64,000 bases of DNA from an uncultured Pelagibacteraceae bacterium (GTDB taxonomy: Bacteria > Pseudomonadota > Alphaproteobacteria > Pelagibacterales > AG-422-B15), in contig CACEZK010000005.1 of the NCBI GenBank assembly GCA_902564025.1, positions 562-64,561 of the forward strand, written 5' to 3'. Positions 30,617-40,977 of this stretch are shown here, piece by piece. The notes below the pieces were generated by a model that saw nothing but the letters and a program-made list of their open reading frames with translations, was not told the origin of the DNA and did no database searches. Each line of letters starts with the position of its first letter. Position 1 is the first letter of the stretch. Made by a program: the position numbers and the translations under genes.

Positions 30617-31111
30617 ATGAAATTATTGGTACATAATAATTGTCTACACTCAGATCTAGGTCAGTATTTTTGTGCAATCGGCCATCAAGGCTTAACATAT
30701 AATAAAATCGAAGGTGACCATAAAACACCTGTTGGAGAATTTACATTTAAAAAAATTTACTATAGAGCAGACAAATTAGGAACTATGGTATTCAATTTAC
30801 CATCTGCCATTATATCAGAAAATGATGGATGGTGTGATGATCCAAAAAGTAAATTTTACAATCAATTTATTCAATTTCCTTTTAATTCAAGTGCAGAAAA
30901 GTTATACAGAGATGATGATCTATACGACCTGATCTGCGTGATTAATCATAATACTGACCCGATAATACCTGGAAAGGGCAGTGCAATATTTTTACATGTT
31001 TGCAATTCGAATTTTGAGGGAACAGAGGGATGTTTAGCTATAGAGAAAAAAAACATTATTCAATTAGCAAAAGTAATAGACAAAAAAACAAAGTTAATTA
31101 TAAAACTTTAA
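30617..31111 (+). CDS. L,D-transpeptidase (YkuD) family protein
   Basis: KIEGDHKTPVG, WCDDP, GKGSAIFLH, TEGCLA. Confidence 0.9.
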   Translation: MKLLVHNNCLHSDLGQYFCAIGHQGLTYNKIEGDHKTPVGEFTFKKIYYRADKLGTMVFNLPSAIISENDGWCDDPKSKFYNQFIQFPFNSSAEKLYRDDDLYDLICVINHNTDPIIPGKGSAIFLHVCNSNFEGTEGCLAIEKKNIIQLAKVIDKKTKLIIKL

Positions 31112-31761
31112 TTTCTCTCACCAAATATATGTGTACCAATTCGTATGTGAGTGGCCCCACATTCTAATGCGATCTGGTAATCTCCTGACATGCCCATACT
31201 AAGTTGACTGAGATTAAAATTTTTTCCTAAATCCCGTAGCTTTAGAAAGTGATGTCGTGGATCCTGGTCGATTGGAGGTAAACACATCAAGCCAATAATA
31301 TCCAAACTATAGTTTGACATGCATTTTTCAATAAACCTTTCAGCGTCACGAAGCAATACGCCTGACTTTTGAGACTCATTGCCTGTATTAATTTGAATAA
31401 AGTATTTTCTTGGGAGGTTTTTTTCTTTTTCGATTTCAGAAAATAATTTCACTATTTTCATTCTATCAATTGAGTGAATCACATTACAGTTTTGATGAAT
31501 TGACACAACTTTTCTACTCTGAATGCTTCCGATAAAATGAAGAATAATGTTTTTATTATCCTTTTTGAGACTCGGCCACTTTCGTTCAATTTCCTGAATT
31601 TGATTTTCACCAAATGATAAATGACCGTCGTTAATAACGTGTTTTATATCTGCAGCAGCCTTCTTCTTACTAACAGCAATTAATTCAATATCTTCTATTT
31701 TTCTGTTAGCATGTTGCGCAGATTTTTTTAACGCATGTAAAAAATCTTTGTATCTATTCAT
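31108..31761 (-). CDS. yggS: pyridoxal phosphate homeostasis protein
   Basis: LIAVSKK, FGENQIQE, HFIG, GLMCLPP, LSMGMSGDY, RIGTHIFG. Confidence 0.95.
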   Translation of the reverse strand: MNRYKDFLHALKKSAQHANRKIEDIELIAVSKKKAAADIKHVINDGHLSFGENQIQEIERKWPSLKKDNKNIILHFIGSIQSRKVVSIHQNCNVIHSIDRMKIVKLFSEIEKEKNLPRKYFIQINTGNESQKSGVLLRDAERFIEKCMSNYSLDIIGLMCLPPIDQDPRHHFLKLRDLGKNFNLSQLSMGMSGDYQIALECGATHIRIGTHIFGERN

Positions 31762-31796
31762 AAAAAAATGCCCTACATGTGAATGTAGGGCATTTT
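31762..31796 (-). terminator. intrinsic terminator of the porin gene
   Basis: AAAATGCCCTACAT-N4-ATGTAGGGCATTTT with a 7-U tract on the minus strand. Confidence 0.85.
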
Positions 31797-31822
31797 AAAT
31801 CAAAAAACTAATAATTAGATGA

Positions 31823-32779
31823 TTAGAATCCAACTACATAGTTAAAGACCCACTTGTCAGTGTCATTAGCTGATCCACCAGCTTCATCTGTTTCAAGATA
31901 ATCAACACCGAAAGAAGCGGCGCCCATTCCTTTATTAACAGATACTCTCATGTAATCAGTATCAGTAGTGAAGTCTCTGTCAGCAAATTGAACACCAACG
32001 TCCATCCCTGCTACAGATGTACCAACACCCATGTGAGTTTCTTCTGATCCGTCGTCTGAGTCATACACTGCATAACCTAAGTTTAGGCCAGCAATTGAAT
32101 AACCAACAGTTAAGAAGTTTGGATCCTTATCAGCAGTAGAGCCTGCGTAATCAATTTGAGATACACCAGCTTTGATTGTTGCACCCATGATTGAAGTACT
32201 AGCAGCATATGACATTGTAGCGTCATAACCCTCAGTAGCTGCACTACCAACAGTTAATGGATTTGTTGTAGCGTCACCAGCAACAGCTGCAACACTATCA
32301 GCTTCCATACCTCTAGTAACTTTAAATGATACTCCACCTACTGAGTTTGAGTACGCAATTGAGTTACCAGATACGCCGTCACCATCGTCATAGACACCAG
32401 CTCCGCCGCCTTTACCACTAAATGCTACGTTCCAGCAATTTACTAGTGAAAAACATGCAGGGTTTGAGTCCATGCTATCTACAGCAGAGTCTTGGCCGAT
32501 ACCTAGACCGATTGTACCCATACCAGTGTCAAAGTTAACATCAGTTTTGATGCCAGTAGCAGTGATAGACATTGTAAGACCAACGCCCATACCGTTATCC
32601 ATAGAGTCGCTGTATGAAACGTAAACAGAGTTTGTAGAGAACGTTGATGCTAATCCACCACCGTCGTTGTCTGTCAACGTACCAGCGAAATAACCGCTAA
32701 TTGACATTTCAGCTTGTGCTGCGCCAGCAGCCATAACTGAAGCCAAAGCAGTTGCTCCGATTAATTTTGATCTATTCAT
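31823..32779 (-). CDS. outer-membrane porin
   Basis: Signal peptide ending AAQA, amphipathic Gly/Ser/Asp-rich strands, DNGM turn, terminal YVVGF; AAAGGA RBS before ATG at 32779; strong terminator. Confidence 0.88.
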   Translation of the reverse strand: MNRSKLIGATALASVMAAGAAQAEMSISGYFAGTLTDNDGGGLASTFSTNSVYVSYSDSMDNGMGVGLTMSITATGIKTDVNFDTGMGTIGLGIGQDSAVDSMDSNPACFSLVNCWNVAFSGKGGGAGVYDDGDGVSGNSIAYSNSVGGVSFKVTRGMEADSVAAVAGDATTNPLTVGSAATEGYDATMSYAASTSIMGATIKAGVSQIDYAGSTADKDPNFLTVGYSIAGLNLGYAVYDSDDGSEETHMGVGTSVAGMDVGVQFADRDFTTDTDYMRVSVNKGMGAASFGVDYLETDEAGGSANDTDKWVFNYVVGF

Positions 32780-32863
32780 AATAATTCCTTTCATATGATA
32801 ATTGATCATAGTTAAATTTAACTGAATAACCTTTTATCAAAAATCATCGCCTTTATTAACGGT

Positions 32864-32913
32864 ATTTTCATAAATATCACATTTTTATCTTAGCATGTGA
32901 TATTTATGCAACA
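32864..32913. promoter_or_regulatory. inverted-repeat operator-like element between the porin and DUF3576 genes
   Basis: Perfect 14-bp IR CATAAATATCACAT-N12-ATGTGATATTTATG (32869-32908); right copy extends to TGTGATATTTATGCAACA. Confidence 0.65.
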
Positions 32914-33011
32914 ATTAGATTTTGTTGAAAAAATAAGAAAAATGGATTAATTCAGACTTTTAAATTAAAAAGTGTGTATAATTAAAAATACTTGAAATTC
33001 CAGCTCGAATT

Positions 33012-33551
33012 ATGAAAAAAATCCTGATTTTACCCATCTTAATCACTATTCTCATCTCATGTGCGCAAGTGAAAAGCTTACAAGACGATCCGGAAACCTA
33101 TGACTCTGAAAAACAAAGGGTGCTAACTGAAAAAGCTAAAGATAAAGATTTGAACCTACCAACGGGCAGTTCAATACTTGATGGTAACTCTGGATTTACC
33201 TTAGGTGGCGTTTTAGGCTTAGATTCAACTAGTGGCCTTCAAGTAAATTCAATTACTTTCAGTGTAGCTCTCGACAAAGTGAGTTTTATGCCTTTAATTT
33301 CTGTTGACTCAGCTGCAGGTATAATTGTAACAGATTGGTATAGTTTAGATGATGGGCAAAACAGATTAAAGATTAATATTCGTGTAGTTGACCAAGAAAT
33401 GACTGATGAAAGTTTGTCTGTAACTTTATTCACCCAATCCTTGGATGGGAATAGGTGGGTTGATCAAGGAATTAATTTGGACCAAAGTCTAAAAATTAAA
33501 GAAAGTATCTTAACTTCAGCAAGATCATTAAAAATCGCATCAGAACTCTAA
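33012..33551 (+). CDS. DUF3576 family lipoprotein
   Basis: Lipobox LISC; ALDKVSFMPL.SVD..GIIVTDWY; upstream of leuS. Confidence 0.85.
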   Translation: MKKILILPILITILISCAQVKSLQDDPETYDSEKQRVLTEKAKDKDLNLPTGSSILDGNSGFTLGGVLGLDSTSGLQVNSITFSVALDKVSFMPLISVDSAAGIIVTDWYSLDDGQNRLKINIRVVDQEMTDESLSVTLFTQSLDGNRWVDQGINLDQSLKIKESILTSARSLKIASEL

Positions 33552-33569
33552 GTACTTGATGATTTATTG

Positions 33570-36140
33570 ATGTCCGAAAAATATAATGCAAAAATAATTG
33601 AAAAAAAATGGCAGTCCTTTTGGAGTGAACACAAATTATTTGAAAGCAAAATAATCGAAGGTAAAAAAAAATATTATATTCTTGAAATGTTTCCATATCC
33701 ATCTGGAAAAATTCACATGGGTCATGTTCGTAACTATACGTTAGGTGATGTAATCGCACGATACAAAAGGGCACAAGGGTTTAATGTAATGCATCCAATG
33801 GGGTGGGACGCATTTGGACTGCCAGCAGAGAACGCGGCGATTGAAAATCAGACTTCACCGAAGACTTGGACATATGAGAATATCAATACAATGAAAATGC
33901 AGTTAAAGCAGATGGGGCTTTCAATTGATTGGTCAAGAGAAATTGCAACGTGTGATAAACTTTATTATCAAAATCAACAAAAGCTTTTTTTAAAATTTTA
34001 CAGAAAAAATTTAATTTACAAAAAAGAGTCACTTGTAAATTGGGATCCAGTTGAAAAGACAGTCCTAGCAAATGAACAGGTAATTGATGGTAAGGGTTGG
34101 AGGTCTGGAGCTGATGTTGAACAAAAAAAACTTTCTCAGTGGTTTTTTAAAATTACAGATTATGCAAACAGTCTTTTACAAGCGCTTGATAAGATGTCCG
34201 GCTGGCCAGATAAAGTGCGATTAATGCAAAAAAATTGGATCGGAAAATCTTATGGTTGCGAAATTGATTTTGAAATTTTAACTGAAATTGAAGCATTTAA
34301 GGGTGAAAAATTAAGAATTTTTACGACTCGGCCTGATACAATTTTTGGGGCTACTTTTTGTGCGCTGTCACCGTTTCACCCGATGGTGGACCGATTAGTT
34401 AGTAATAATAAACAACTTAGGGAAGCAGTTACTTCTTTGAGGTCACAAAAAGTGAGTGAAGAAACAATTGCGAAAAACGAAAAAGTCGGCATTCAAACAG
34501 ATTTATTTATTAAACATCCTTTTATTGAAAATAAAAAACTACCGGTTTTCATAGCAAACTTCATATTGATGGAATATGGATCTGGAGCTATTTATGGATG
34601 CCCTGCACATGATCAGAGAGATTTAGATTTTGCTTACAAATATAATCTAGAAATCATTCAAGTAATTGATCCGTGTGATCAAACAAAGTTAGACAAAAAA
34701 ATTGCATATACAGGTAATGGTAAACTTATCAATTCTGAATTCTTAAATAATCTATCAATTGAAGATGCTAAGAGTGAAATCATAAAAAGAATTGAGAAGC
34801 TAAATCTTGGAAAAAAAACTACGAACTTTAGGCTTCGTGACTGGGGAGTTTCTAGGCAAAGATATTGGGGCTGTCCAATCCCAATAATGTACAGAGAAGA
34901 CGGTAAGGTAATTGAGGTTCCAGAGGAGCTTTTGCCGTTAGAATTACCAGAAGATATTGACTTAGATGTTCCAGGAAATCCACTCGATAATCATCCTACC
35001 TGGAAATACACAAAATGTCCTGAAACAGGTATGAAAGCTGTAAGGGAGACAGATACCCTTGATACCTTTGTGGACTCAGCATGGTATTTTTTGAGATTCT
35101 GTTCACCCCAAGAAATTGAGAAACCATTTAATAATAATGAAGTAAATTACTGGATGCCTGTGGACCAGTATGTTGGTGGAGTCGAACATGCGATTTTGCA
35201 TCTTCTATACTCACGATTTTTTACAAAGGCCTTAGACATAAAAGGAATTGAGGAGCCATTTAGTAGCTTATTTACACAAGGGATGGTTTGCCACAATACT
35301 TTTCAAAATGAGTCGATGGCATGGGTTTACCCAAGAGATGTCGAAAAAAAGAATAATGGATATTATCAAATATCAACTGGCGAGAAAGTTACAATCGGTG
35401 ATATTGAATCAATGTCAAAATCGAAAAAAAATGTAATTGACCCAGAGTCAATTATTAACGCGTATGGTGCCGACTCAGCCAGATGGTTTATGCTATCGGA
35501 TAGTCCGCCAGAAAAAGACATAAATTGGACTGACTCAGGAATTAATGGAGCATGGAAAATATGCCAAAAAATCTGGACTTTAGTTCGAAAAAACCGCGAT
35601 AACTTTACCCAAGATATTCAGTCATGTGTCCCAAATTTTCAAGGTAGAAACTTAGATTTTATAAAATCTATTCACCACAACCTTAATTTAATTACACAAA
35701 GCATTGAAAAATTTCAGATGAATGTTGCTATAGCGAAAGTTTTTGAAATGGTTAATGCAATTTCAAAGTTTGAAATTCAGAATATACAAGATAGAAAAGC
35801 AATATATGAGTCATTAAATATTTTGATGAGGGTAATTGAACCAATGGTGCCTCATTTAGCGGAAGAATGTTGGGCAGTTTCTGGAAGGAAAGACTCTATT
35901 ACAAATCAACCATGGCCAAAGGTGAATGTCCAATATTTAGAAAACGATGAAGTTACCATTGTTGTTCAAATTAACGGTAAAAGAAGAGGTGAAATTATTG
36001 TCTCGAGAGATATTTCTGAAAATGAAATAAAAAAAGAAATTCAAAACATTAAAAATATTAAAGATGCATTATCGGGAAAAAATATACTAAGATCAATCTA
36101 TGTTCCAAATAAAATATTAAATATTGTCCTCGCCAAATGA
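33570..36140 (+). CDS. leuS: leucine--tRNA ligase
   Basis: [39 protein letters not shown]. Confidence 0.98.
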   Translation: MSEKYNAKIIEKKWQSFWSEHKLFESKIIEGKKKYYILEMFPYPSGKIHMGHVRNYTLGDVIARYKRAQGFNVMHPMGWDAFGLPAENAAIENQTSPKTWTYENINTMKMQLKQMGLSIDWSREIATCDKLYYQNQQKLFLKFYRKNLIYKKESLVNWDPVEKTVLANEQVIDGKGWRSGADVEQKKLSQWFFKITDYANSLLQALDKMSGWPDKVRLMQKNWIGKSYGCEIDFEILTEIEAFKGEKLRIFTTRPDTIFGATFCALSPFHPMVDRLVSNNKQLREAVTSLRSQKVSEETIAKNEKVGIQTDLFIKHPFIENKKLPVFIANFILMEYGSGAIYGCPAHDQRDLDFAYKYNLEIIQVIDPCDQTKLDKKIAYTGNGKLINSEFLNNLSIEDAKSEIIKRIEKLNLGKKTTNFRLRDWGVSRQRYWGCPIPIMYREDGKVIEVPEELLPLELPEDIDLDVPGNPLDNHPTWKYTKCPETGMKAVRETDTLDTFVDSAWYFLRFCSPQEIEKPFNNNEVNYWMPVDQYVGGVEHAILHLLYSRFFTKALDIKGIEEPFSSLFTQGMVCHNTFQNESMAWVYPRDVEKKNNGYYQISTGEKVTIGDIESMSKSKKNVIDPESIINAYGADSARWFMLSDSPPEKDINWTDSGINGAWKICQKIWTLVRKNRDNFTQDIQSCVPNFQGRNLDFIKSIHHNLNLITQSIEKFQMNVAIAKVFEMVNAISKFEIQNIQDRKAIYESLNILMRVIEPMVPHLAEECWAVSGRKDSITNQPWPKVNVQYLENDEVTIVVQINGKRRGEIIVSRDISENEIKKEIQNIKNIKDALSGKNILRSIYVPNKILNIVLAK

Positions 36141-37843
36141 ATAGACACGAACGAAGAAAACAAAAAAAAAATAATAAAGCTTACCAAACAATAAATACGG
36201 AATTGCTTGAAGGAATAAATCAGCATACCCAAAAAAATTTTAAGAAGGCTGAAACTTTGTACAACAAAGTTCTTTCAGCTGAACCTAAAAACTACGAAGC
36301 TTTAAGACACCTTGGTATTCTTTATCAAGATTTAGAACAATATGAGAAAGCATATAATTATTTCATACAAGCATTAAAAATTAATCCGAATGGTTTCCAG
36401 GCCTTGAGCAACTTGGCAACAATACATATGCTAAATAAAAATTATGAACTAGCACATAAATGCCTTATTAAATCATTTGAAATCAATTCCAACTATGTAC
36501 CTACAATAAATAATTTGGCAGGATATTATCATAAAGTTAATGATTCAAAAAATGCACTTTATTATTCTCAATTATCAATCAATATTCAACCAAACAACCC
36601 ACTCGCATTAAATCAATATGCAAAGGCCTTGATCATTAATAATCAACCTGAAAAGGCAATTGATTTATTAAAACAGCTAAATAAACAAAGTCCTGACGAC
36701 GATAGTTATAGGCATAACTTATCTACAGCTTATAGAGAAATAGGAGAGTTTGAAGAAGCAAATAAGTTATCAGCTGAGGGATTTAAAAAAGACTATAAAA
36801 ATATCTCATACTTTCTAGGTTATACTAAAGACAAAGATAATGTTTTGACCGCTGAGCAAGTAAAGTATTATGATCAATTAATACAAAAAGAGAGTATTAA
36901 TTTAGATGATAAAGCACTGATATGTCATGCTTTTTTTGAGTATTTTAAGAATAAAAAAAACTTCGATAAGGCAGGCGCATACCTAATAAATGGCAATGAT
37001 GCTCAATATGCGATTAAATCGTTTGACATTGATGCAGAAAAAAAATTTTTCGATATATTAAAATCTGCTTTTTCGAAAAAAATAGATTTTGTTTGTGACG
37101 AACATATAAAAAAACAAATACCTGTTTTTATATGTGGAATGCCAAGATCAGGTACTACACTTTGCGAACAAATACTATCTTCTCATTCAAAGATTACAGG
37201 TGCAGGTGAGCTCGATTATCTTGCTGAGGTTTTAAACATTCGTCTTATCCAACCAAATAAAATGCAAATAAATACCTTTGAAAAAAATTTAAAAAGTAGA
37301 AAATTTTTAAAATCTGCTCGAGATGATTATATCGAAAAAATATCCCACAAAGATAAAAATGACTCTATTTATATTTGTGATAAAATGCCTCATAATTTTA
37401 TCTTCATTGGATTAATTAAATTAATATTACCTGAGGCAAAAATAATTTACTGTAAAAGAAGTCTCATGGATAATTGCTTCTCGCTTTACTCACACAAATT
37501 TGTCGAAGTTTCTCATCAATATTCATACAATCAAAAAATATTAGTAAAATACTATAAACTTCATCAAGAAATGATGGAATTTTGGTTAGACGACTATTCT
37601 GAAGATATTTTTATATTAGATAATGAAGAATTAGTTAATAATCAGGAATTTGTTTCGAAAAAATTGATTGATTTTTGTCAAATCGAATGGGAAGAAAAAT
37701 GTTTAGAATTTCACAAAAATAAAAGGCAGGTCAGGACAGCTAGTATCGAGCAAGTAAGGAAACCTATAAACAATAAATCAATTGGAGCTTGGAAAAAATA
37801 TGAAAAATATTTATCAGAGATGTTATTTGAGGCAAATGCATGA
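36137..37843 (+). CDS. TPR-repeat sulfotransferase family protein
   Basis: N-terminal TPR repeats; [26 protein letters not shown]-binding motif, [20 protein letters not shown]. Confidence 0.9.
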   Translation: MNRHERRKQKKNNKAYQTINTELLEGINQHTQKNFKKAETLYNKVLSAEPKNYEALRHLGILYQDLEQYEKAYNYFIQALKINPNGFQALSNLATIHMLNKNYELAHKCLIKSFEINSNYVPTINNLAGYYHKVNDSKNALYYSQLSINIQPNNPLALNQYAKALIINNQPEKAIDLLKQLNKQSPDDDSYRHNLSTAYREIGEFEEANKLSAEGFKKDYKNISYFLGYTKDKDNVLTAEQVKYYDQLIQKESINLDDKALICHAFFEYFKNKKNFDKAGAYLINGNDAQYAIKSFDIDAEKKFFDILKSAFSKKIDFVCDEHIKKQIPVFICGMPRSGTTLCEQILSSHSKITGAGELDYLAEVLNIRLIQPNKMQINTFEKNLKSRKFLKSARDDYIEKISHKDKNDSIYICDKMPHNFIFIGLIKLILPEAKIIYCKRSLMDNCFSLYSHKFVEVSHQYSYNQKILVKYYKLHQEMMEFWLDDYSEDIFILDNEELVNNQEFVSKKLIDFCQIEWEEKCLEFHKNKRQVRTASIEQVRKPINNKSIGAWKKYEKYLSEMLFEANA

Positions 37844-38310
37844 ATAAGATCTTTACCATTTTGCTGACGTTCGTAATCTGCACGAGTTGTGGTTTTAAAC
37901 CAATTTATAAAATTTCAGATAATATTTCAAATTCTGTTAGTTACTCAGTTAAAATTATTAATGAAGTATCAAGAGAGATTGAAGATGAAATAAACACTAA
38001 TATTTTATCAGGTGAGAGCCAAAAGTACACTGTCCTACTTATGATAAGTGAGGATTTAACTCCTTTAATTATTAACACTAATGGGACAATAGCGAAGTAT
38101 AGAATTGAAGTAGCAATTGGCTATGAACTCATAGACTCAGATAGCAATGAGTCAATTTCTGTTGGTACTACAAGGGGATATGCGCAGTATGATGTTGTTG
38201 AATCGGAGGTTAGTAATGAAGATACCAGAAAAAGTATGACGAAAATTGCAACAAAAAATGCGCTTCAAATTATGACTTCCAGAATACAAAGTCGCATTTC
38301 TAAACAATGA
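37840..38310 (+). CDS. lptE: LPS assembly lipoprotein LptE
   Basis: Lipobox TSC-GFKPIY; leuS-lptE-holA synteny. Confidence 0.85.
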   Translation: MNKIFTILLTFVICTSCGFKPIYKISDNISNSVSYSVKIINEVSREIEDEINTNILSGESQKYTVLLMISEDLTPLIINTNGTIAKYRIEVAIGYELIDSDSNESISVGTTRGYAQYDVVESEVSNEDTRKSMTKIATKNALQIMTSRIQSRISKQ

Positions 38311-39332
38311 TTATCAAGGAACATCAGATAAAAAAAATTATTGATGAAAAAAATCAATTTTTGAGTTTTCTCATATATGGTCCTAATGAGGGGCTTGTGA
38401 GAGAACAGGTTGATAAAATAACTCATAATTACATTGATAAAAATGAATATGAGCGAATAAGTTTTAATGGCAAAGATCTCGATAATGATCCAACGTCTCT
38501 TGATGGAATAATCAGATCTGTTTCAATGTTTTATACAAATAAGATCGTTATTGCAGATGCTATAAAAGACAAGCACATCAAAATTATTGAAGAGATTATT
38601 TTAAATGCGCCTCAACAAACAATTTTGATTATCAAAGACGGTAATCTAAATAAATCCTCAAAAATAAGAAAGTTTTTTGAAAATGATAAAAAGTGCCTAT
38701 CACTTGCATGTTATGAAGATGATAGCAGATCTATAATAAAAAATATTGATGAGTTTGTCGAAAGGAATCACTTTGATCTCAATAGAGATATTAAAAATTA
38801 TCTTCTACAATCACTAAGTAATGATCGTATGATAAGCAGAGGTGAACTTGAGAAAATAGAAATATTTTTTTACAAATCAAAGACAAAAATTGAGTTAGAT
38901 GATGTGAAAAAAATACTAAATGACTCAAGTTCTAATAATTTAAATAAAATGAATGAGAATGTTATGTTTGGGAACACCTCTAAAAGTTCCAAAATAGTCA
39001 ACAAACTATTGTCCGAGGGAACAAGTCCCATAAGCCTTATAAGAAGTCTTATAAATTATTTATTGAGAATACAACAAACAAAGATAGAAATGAAAAAAGG
39101 TAACAACTTTGATATTTCAATAAAGATACTAAGACCTCCTGTTTTCTGGAAAGATAAGGATAGTTTTCAAAAACATTGTTATAAATGGCCCTTGCAAGGT
39201 ATTGAGTCAAATCTTAACAAGCTTTTGGAAACTGAAATTGCATGTAAGTTAAATAGTAAATTAGCTATTTTTAATTGTGAGAAATCAATACTATTAATTG
39301 CAAACAATGGGAAACAATATTTTAAAAATTAA
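38307..39332 (+). CDS. holA: DNA polymerase III delta subunit
   Basis: LIYGPNEGLVRE, SSKIRKFFE, CYED, ELEK, RPPVFWK. Confidence 0.92.
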   Translation: MIIKEHQIKKIIDEKNQFLSFLIYGPNEGLVREQVDKITHNYIDKNEYERISFNGKDLDNDPTSLDGIIRSVSMFYTNKIVIADAIKDKHIKIIEEIILNAPQQTILIIKDGNLNKSSKIRKFFENDKKCLSLACYEDDSRSIIKNIDEFVERNHFDLNRDIKNYLLQSLSNDRMISRGELEKIEIFFYKSKTKIELDDVKKILNDSSSNNLNKMNENVMFGNTSKSSKIVNKLLSEGTSPISLIRSLINYLLRIQQTKIEMKKGNNFDISIKILRPPVFWKDKDSFQKHCYKWPLQGIESNLNKLLETEIACKLNSKLAIFNCEKSILLIANNGKQYFKN

Positions 39333-40189
39333 TTTTTTAATTTAGTAGTTATCAATTCTAATTGATCAAGCGATTTATATTCTATTTTTATTGAACCACC
39401 TTTTTTCCCCTTGTGATCAATCGTTACATTGAGCCCAAGCTTTGCGGTTAAATTATTTTCCAAATCAATAGTATCTGGATCTTTTAATTTTACCTTTTTA
39501 ATTCCTGGCTTTTTCTGTTTTGCAAGGTCTTCTGCGGCTCTTACGCTTAAATTTTCACTAACAATTTTTTCTGCTAATTTTTCTGGAAAAGCACTGTTCA
39601 TAATTGCGCGAGCGTGACCTGATGAAATTTTTCCCTCTGATATCATATCTTGAATTGACTGAGGCAACCCAAGGAGTCTGATTATGTTCGCAATATGACT
39701 TCTGCTTTTACCAACAATTTCTGCTAGAACTTCTTGGGTGTGACCGTGATTTTCAATTAATCTTTTATATCCAGCGGCTTCTTCAATTGGTGATAGATCA
39801 GAACGTTGTACATTTTCAATGATTGCTATTTCTAAAGCTTCCACATCGTTTAGATTCCTTACAACAGCAGGAATCTCATGGAGTTGCGCAATCTGTGCTG
39901 CTCTCCATCTTCTTTCTCCAGCAATTATTTCGTAAGTTCCAGACTCTTTAGGTGAAGGTCTGACTAATATTGGCTGAACAAGTCCTTTTGATTTTATTGA
40001 TTCAGCTAATTCATTAATACTGCTTTTATCAAATAATCTTCGAGGCTGGGAAGGACTTGGTTTAAGGTTTGCTATTGAGATTTTTGTTTCTTCATTTGAA
40101 ATTTTATTTTGGTTTGAAATATCTTTTGTATCACCCATAAGAGATGAGAGACCACGACCTAAACCTTTCTTTGAAATTGATGAACTCAT
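39329..40189 (-). CDS. parB: chromosome partitioning protein ParB
   Basis: GLGRGLSSL, QPRR, IIAGERRWRAA, AIIENVQR, GKSRSHIAN HTH. Confidence 0.97.
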   Translation of the reverse strand: MSSSISKKGLGRGLSSLMGDTKDISNQNKISNEETKISIANLKPSPSQPRRLFDKSSINELAESIKSKGLVQPILVRPSPKESGTYEIIAGERRWRAAQIAQLHEIPAVVRNLNDVEALEIAIIENVQRSDLSPIEEAAGYKRLIENHGHTQEVLAEIVGKSRSHIANIIRLLGLPQSIQDMISEGKISSGHARAIMNSAFPEKLAEKIVSENLSVRAAEDLAKQKKPGIKKVKLKDPDTIDLENNLTAKLGLNVTIDHKGKKGGSIKIEYKSLDQLELITTKLKN

Positions 40190-40977
40190 TAAGCTGCCTC
40201 CTGTTCTTTATTTTGTCTTATGATCTCATCAGCTAATCTTAAATATGCCTGGCTACCTGCAGCTTTTTGATCATAGATTAGAGCAGGCATTCCAAACGAA
40301 GGTGCTTCTGAAACTCTTACGTTGCGAGGTATAATCGTTTCATATACCTGCTGACTTAAATGTTTTTTAACATCATCAGCAACTTGTGATGAAAGTTTAT
40401 TTCTTCCATCAAACATTGTTAAAACTATCCCGTCGATTGTTAATTTTTGATTAAGATTTTGTTTTACCCTTTCAATTGTTTTTATTAATTGACTAAGACC
40501 TTCCAATGCAAAAAATTCACATTGAAGCGGAACGATAATTGAGTCCGCCGCAGTCATTGCCATGACAGTGAGCAGACTTAAAGCTGGTGGGCAATCGATA
40601 AAAACAAAACTAAAATCATTTAATGAGTTTTGGTCAGTTAAAATTTTTTTAAGAGTAAAAGCTCTATCGTTTACTTCGGCTAGTTCAGGTTCTATGCCTG
40701 ATAGGTCCACAGTAGATGGTATAATTTTTAAATTTTCAATTTCTGTATTTTGAATTGCATCTAATAAATTGCATTGAGATGCAAGAACTTCATAGATTGA
40801 GTTTGTTCTCTTTTGATAATCTATACCCAATCCTGTACTAGCGTTTCCTTGTGGATCGAGATCAATAATTAGAACTTTTTCCCCAATCGCAGCCAAGGCT
40901 GTGGATAAGTTTATAGCAGTGGTAGTTTTTCCCACTCCACCTTTCTGATTTGATATTGCTATTATTTTATTTTTCAT
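40189..40977 (-). CDS. parA: chromosome partitioning ATPase ParA
   Basis: NQKGGVGKTTT, DLDPQGNAST, IDCPP, IPRNVRVSEAPS. Confidence 0.97.
   Translation of the reverse strand: MKNKIIAISNQKGGVGKTTTAINLSTALAAIGEKVLIIDLDPQGNASTGLGIDYQKRTNSIYEVLASQCNLLDAIQNTEIENLKIIPSTVDLSGIEPELAEVNDRAFTLKKILTDQNSLNDFSFVFIDCPPALSLLTVMAMTAADSIIVPLQCEFFALEGLSQLIKTIERVKQNLNQKLTIDGIVLTMFDGRNKLSSQVADDVKKHLSQQVYETIIPRNVRVSEAPSFGMPALIYDQKAAGSQAYLRLADEIIRQNKEQEAA

Noticed and set aside
36162-36171. A10 tract near the sulfotransferase 5' end and T9 at 22450-22458 in FkbM as phase-variation switches
   Set aside because: A/T runs of 9 also occur in essential genes such as leuS and hemD in this AT-rich genome; frames are intact
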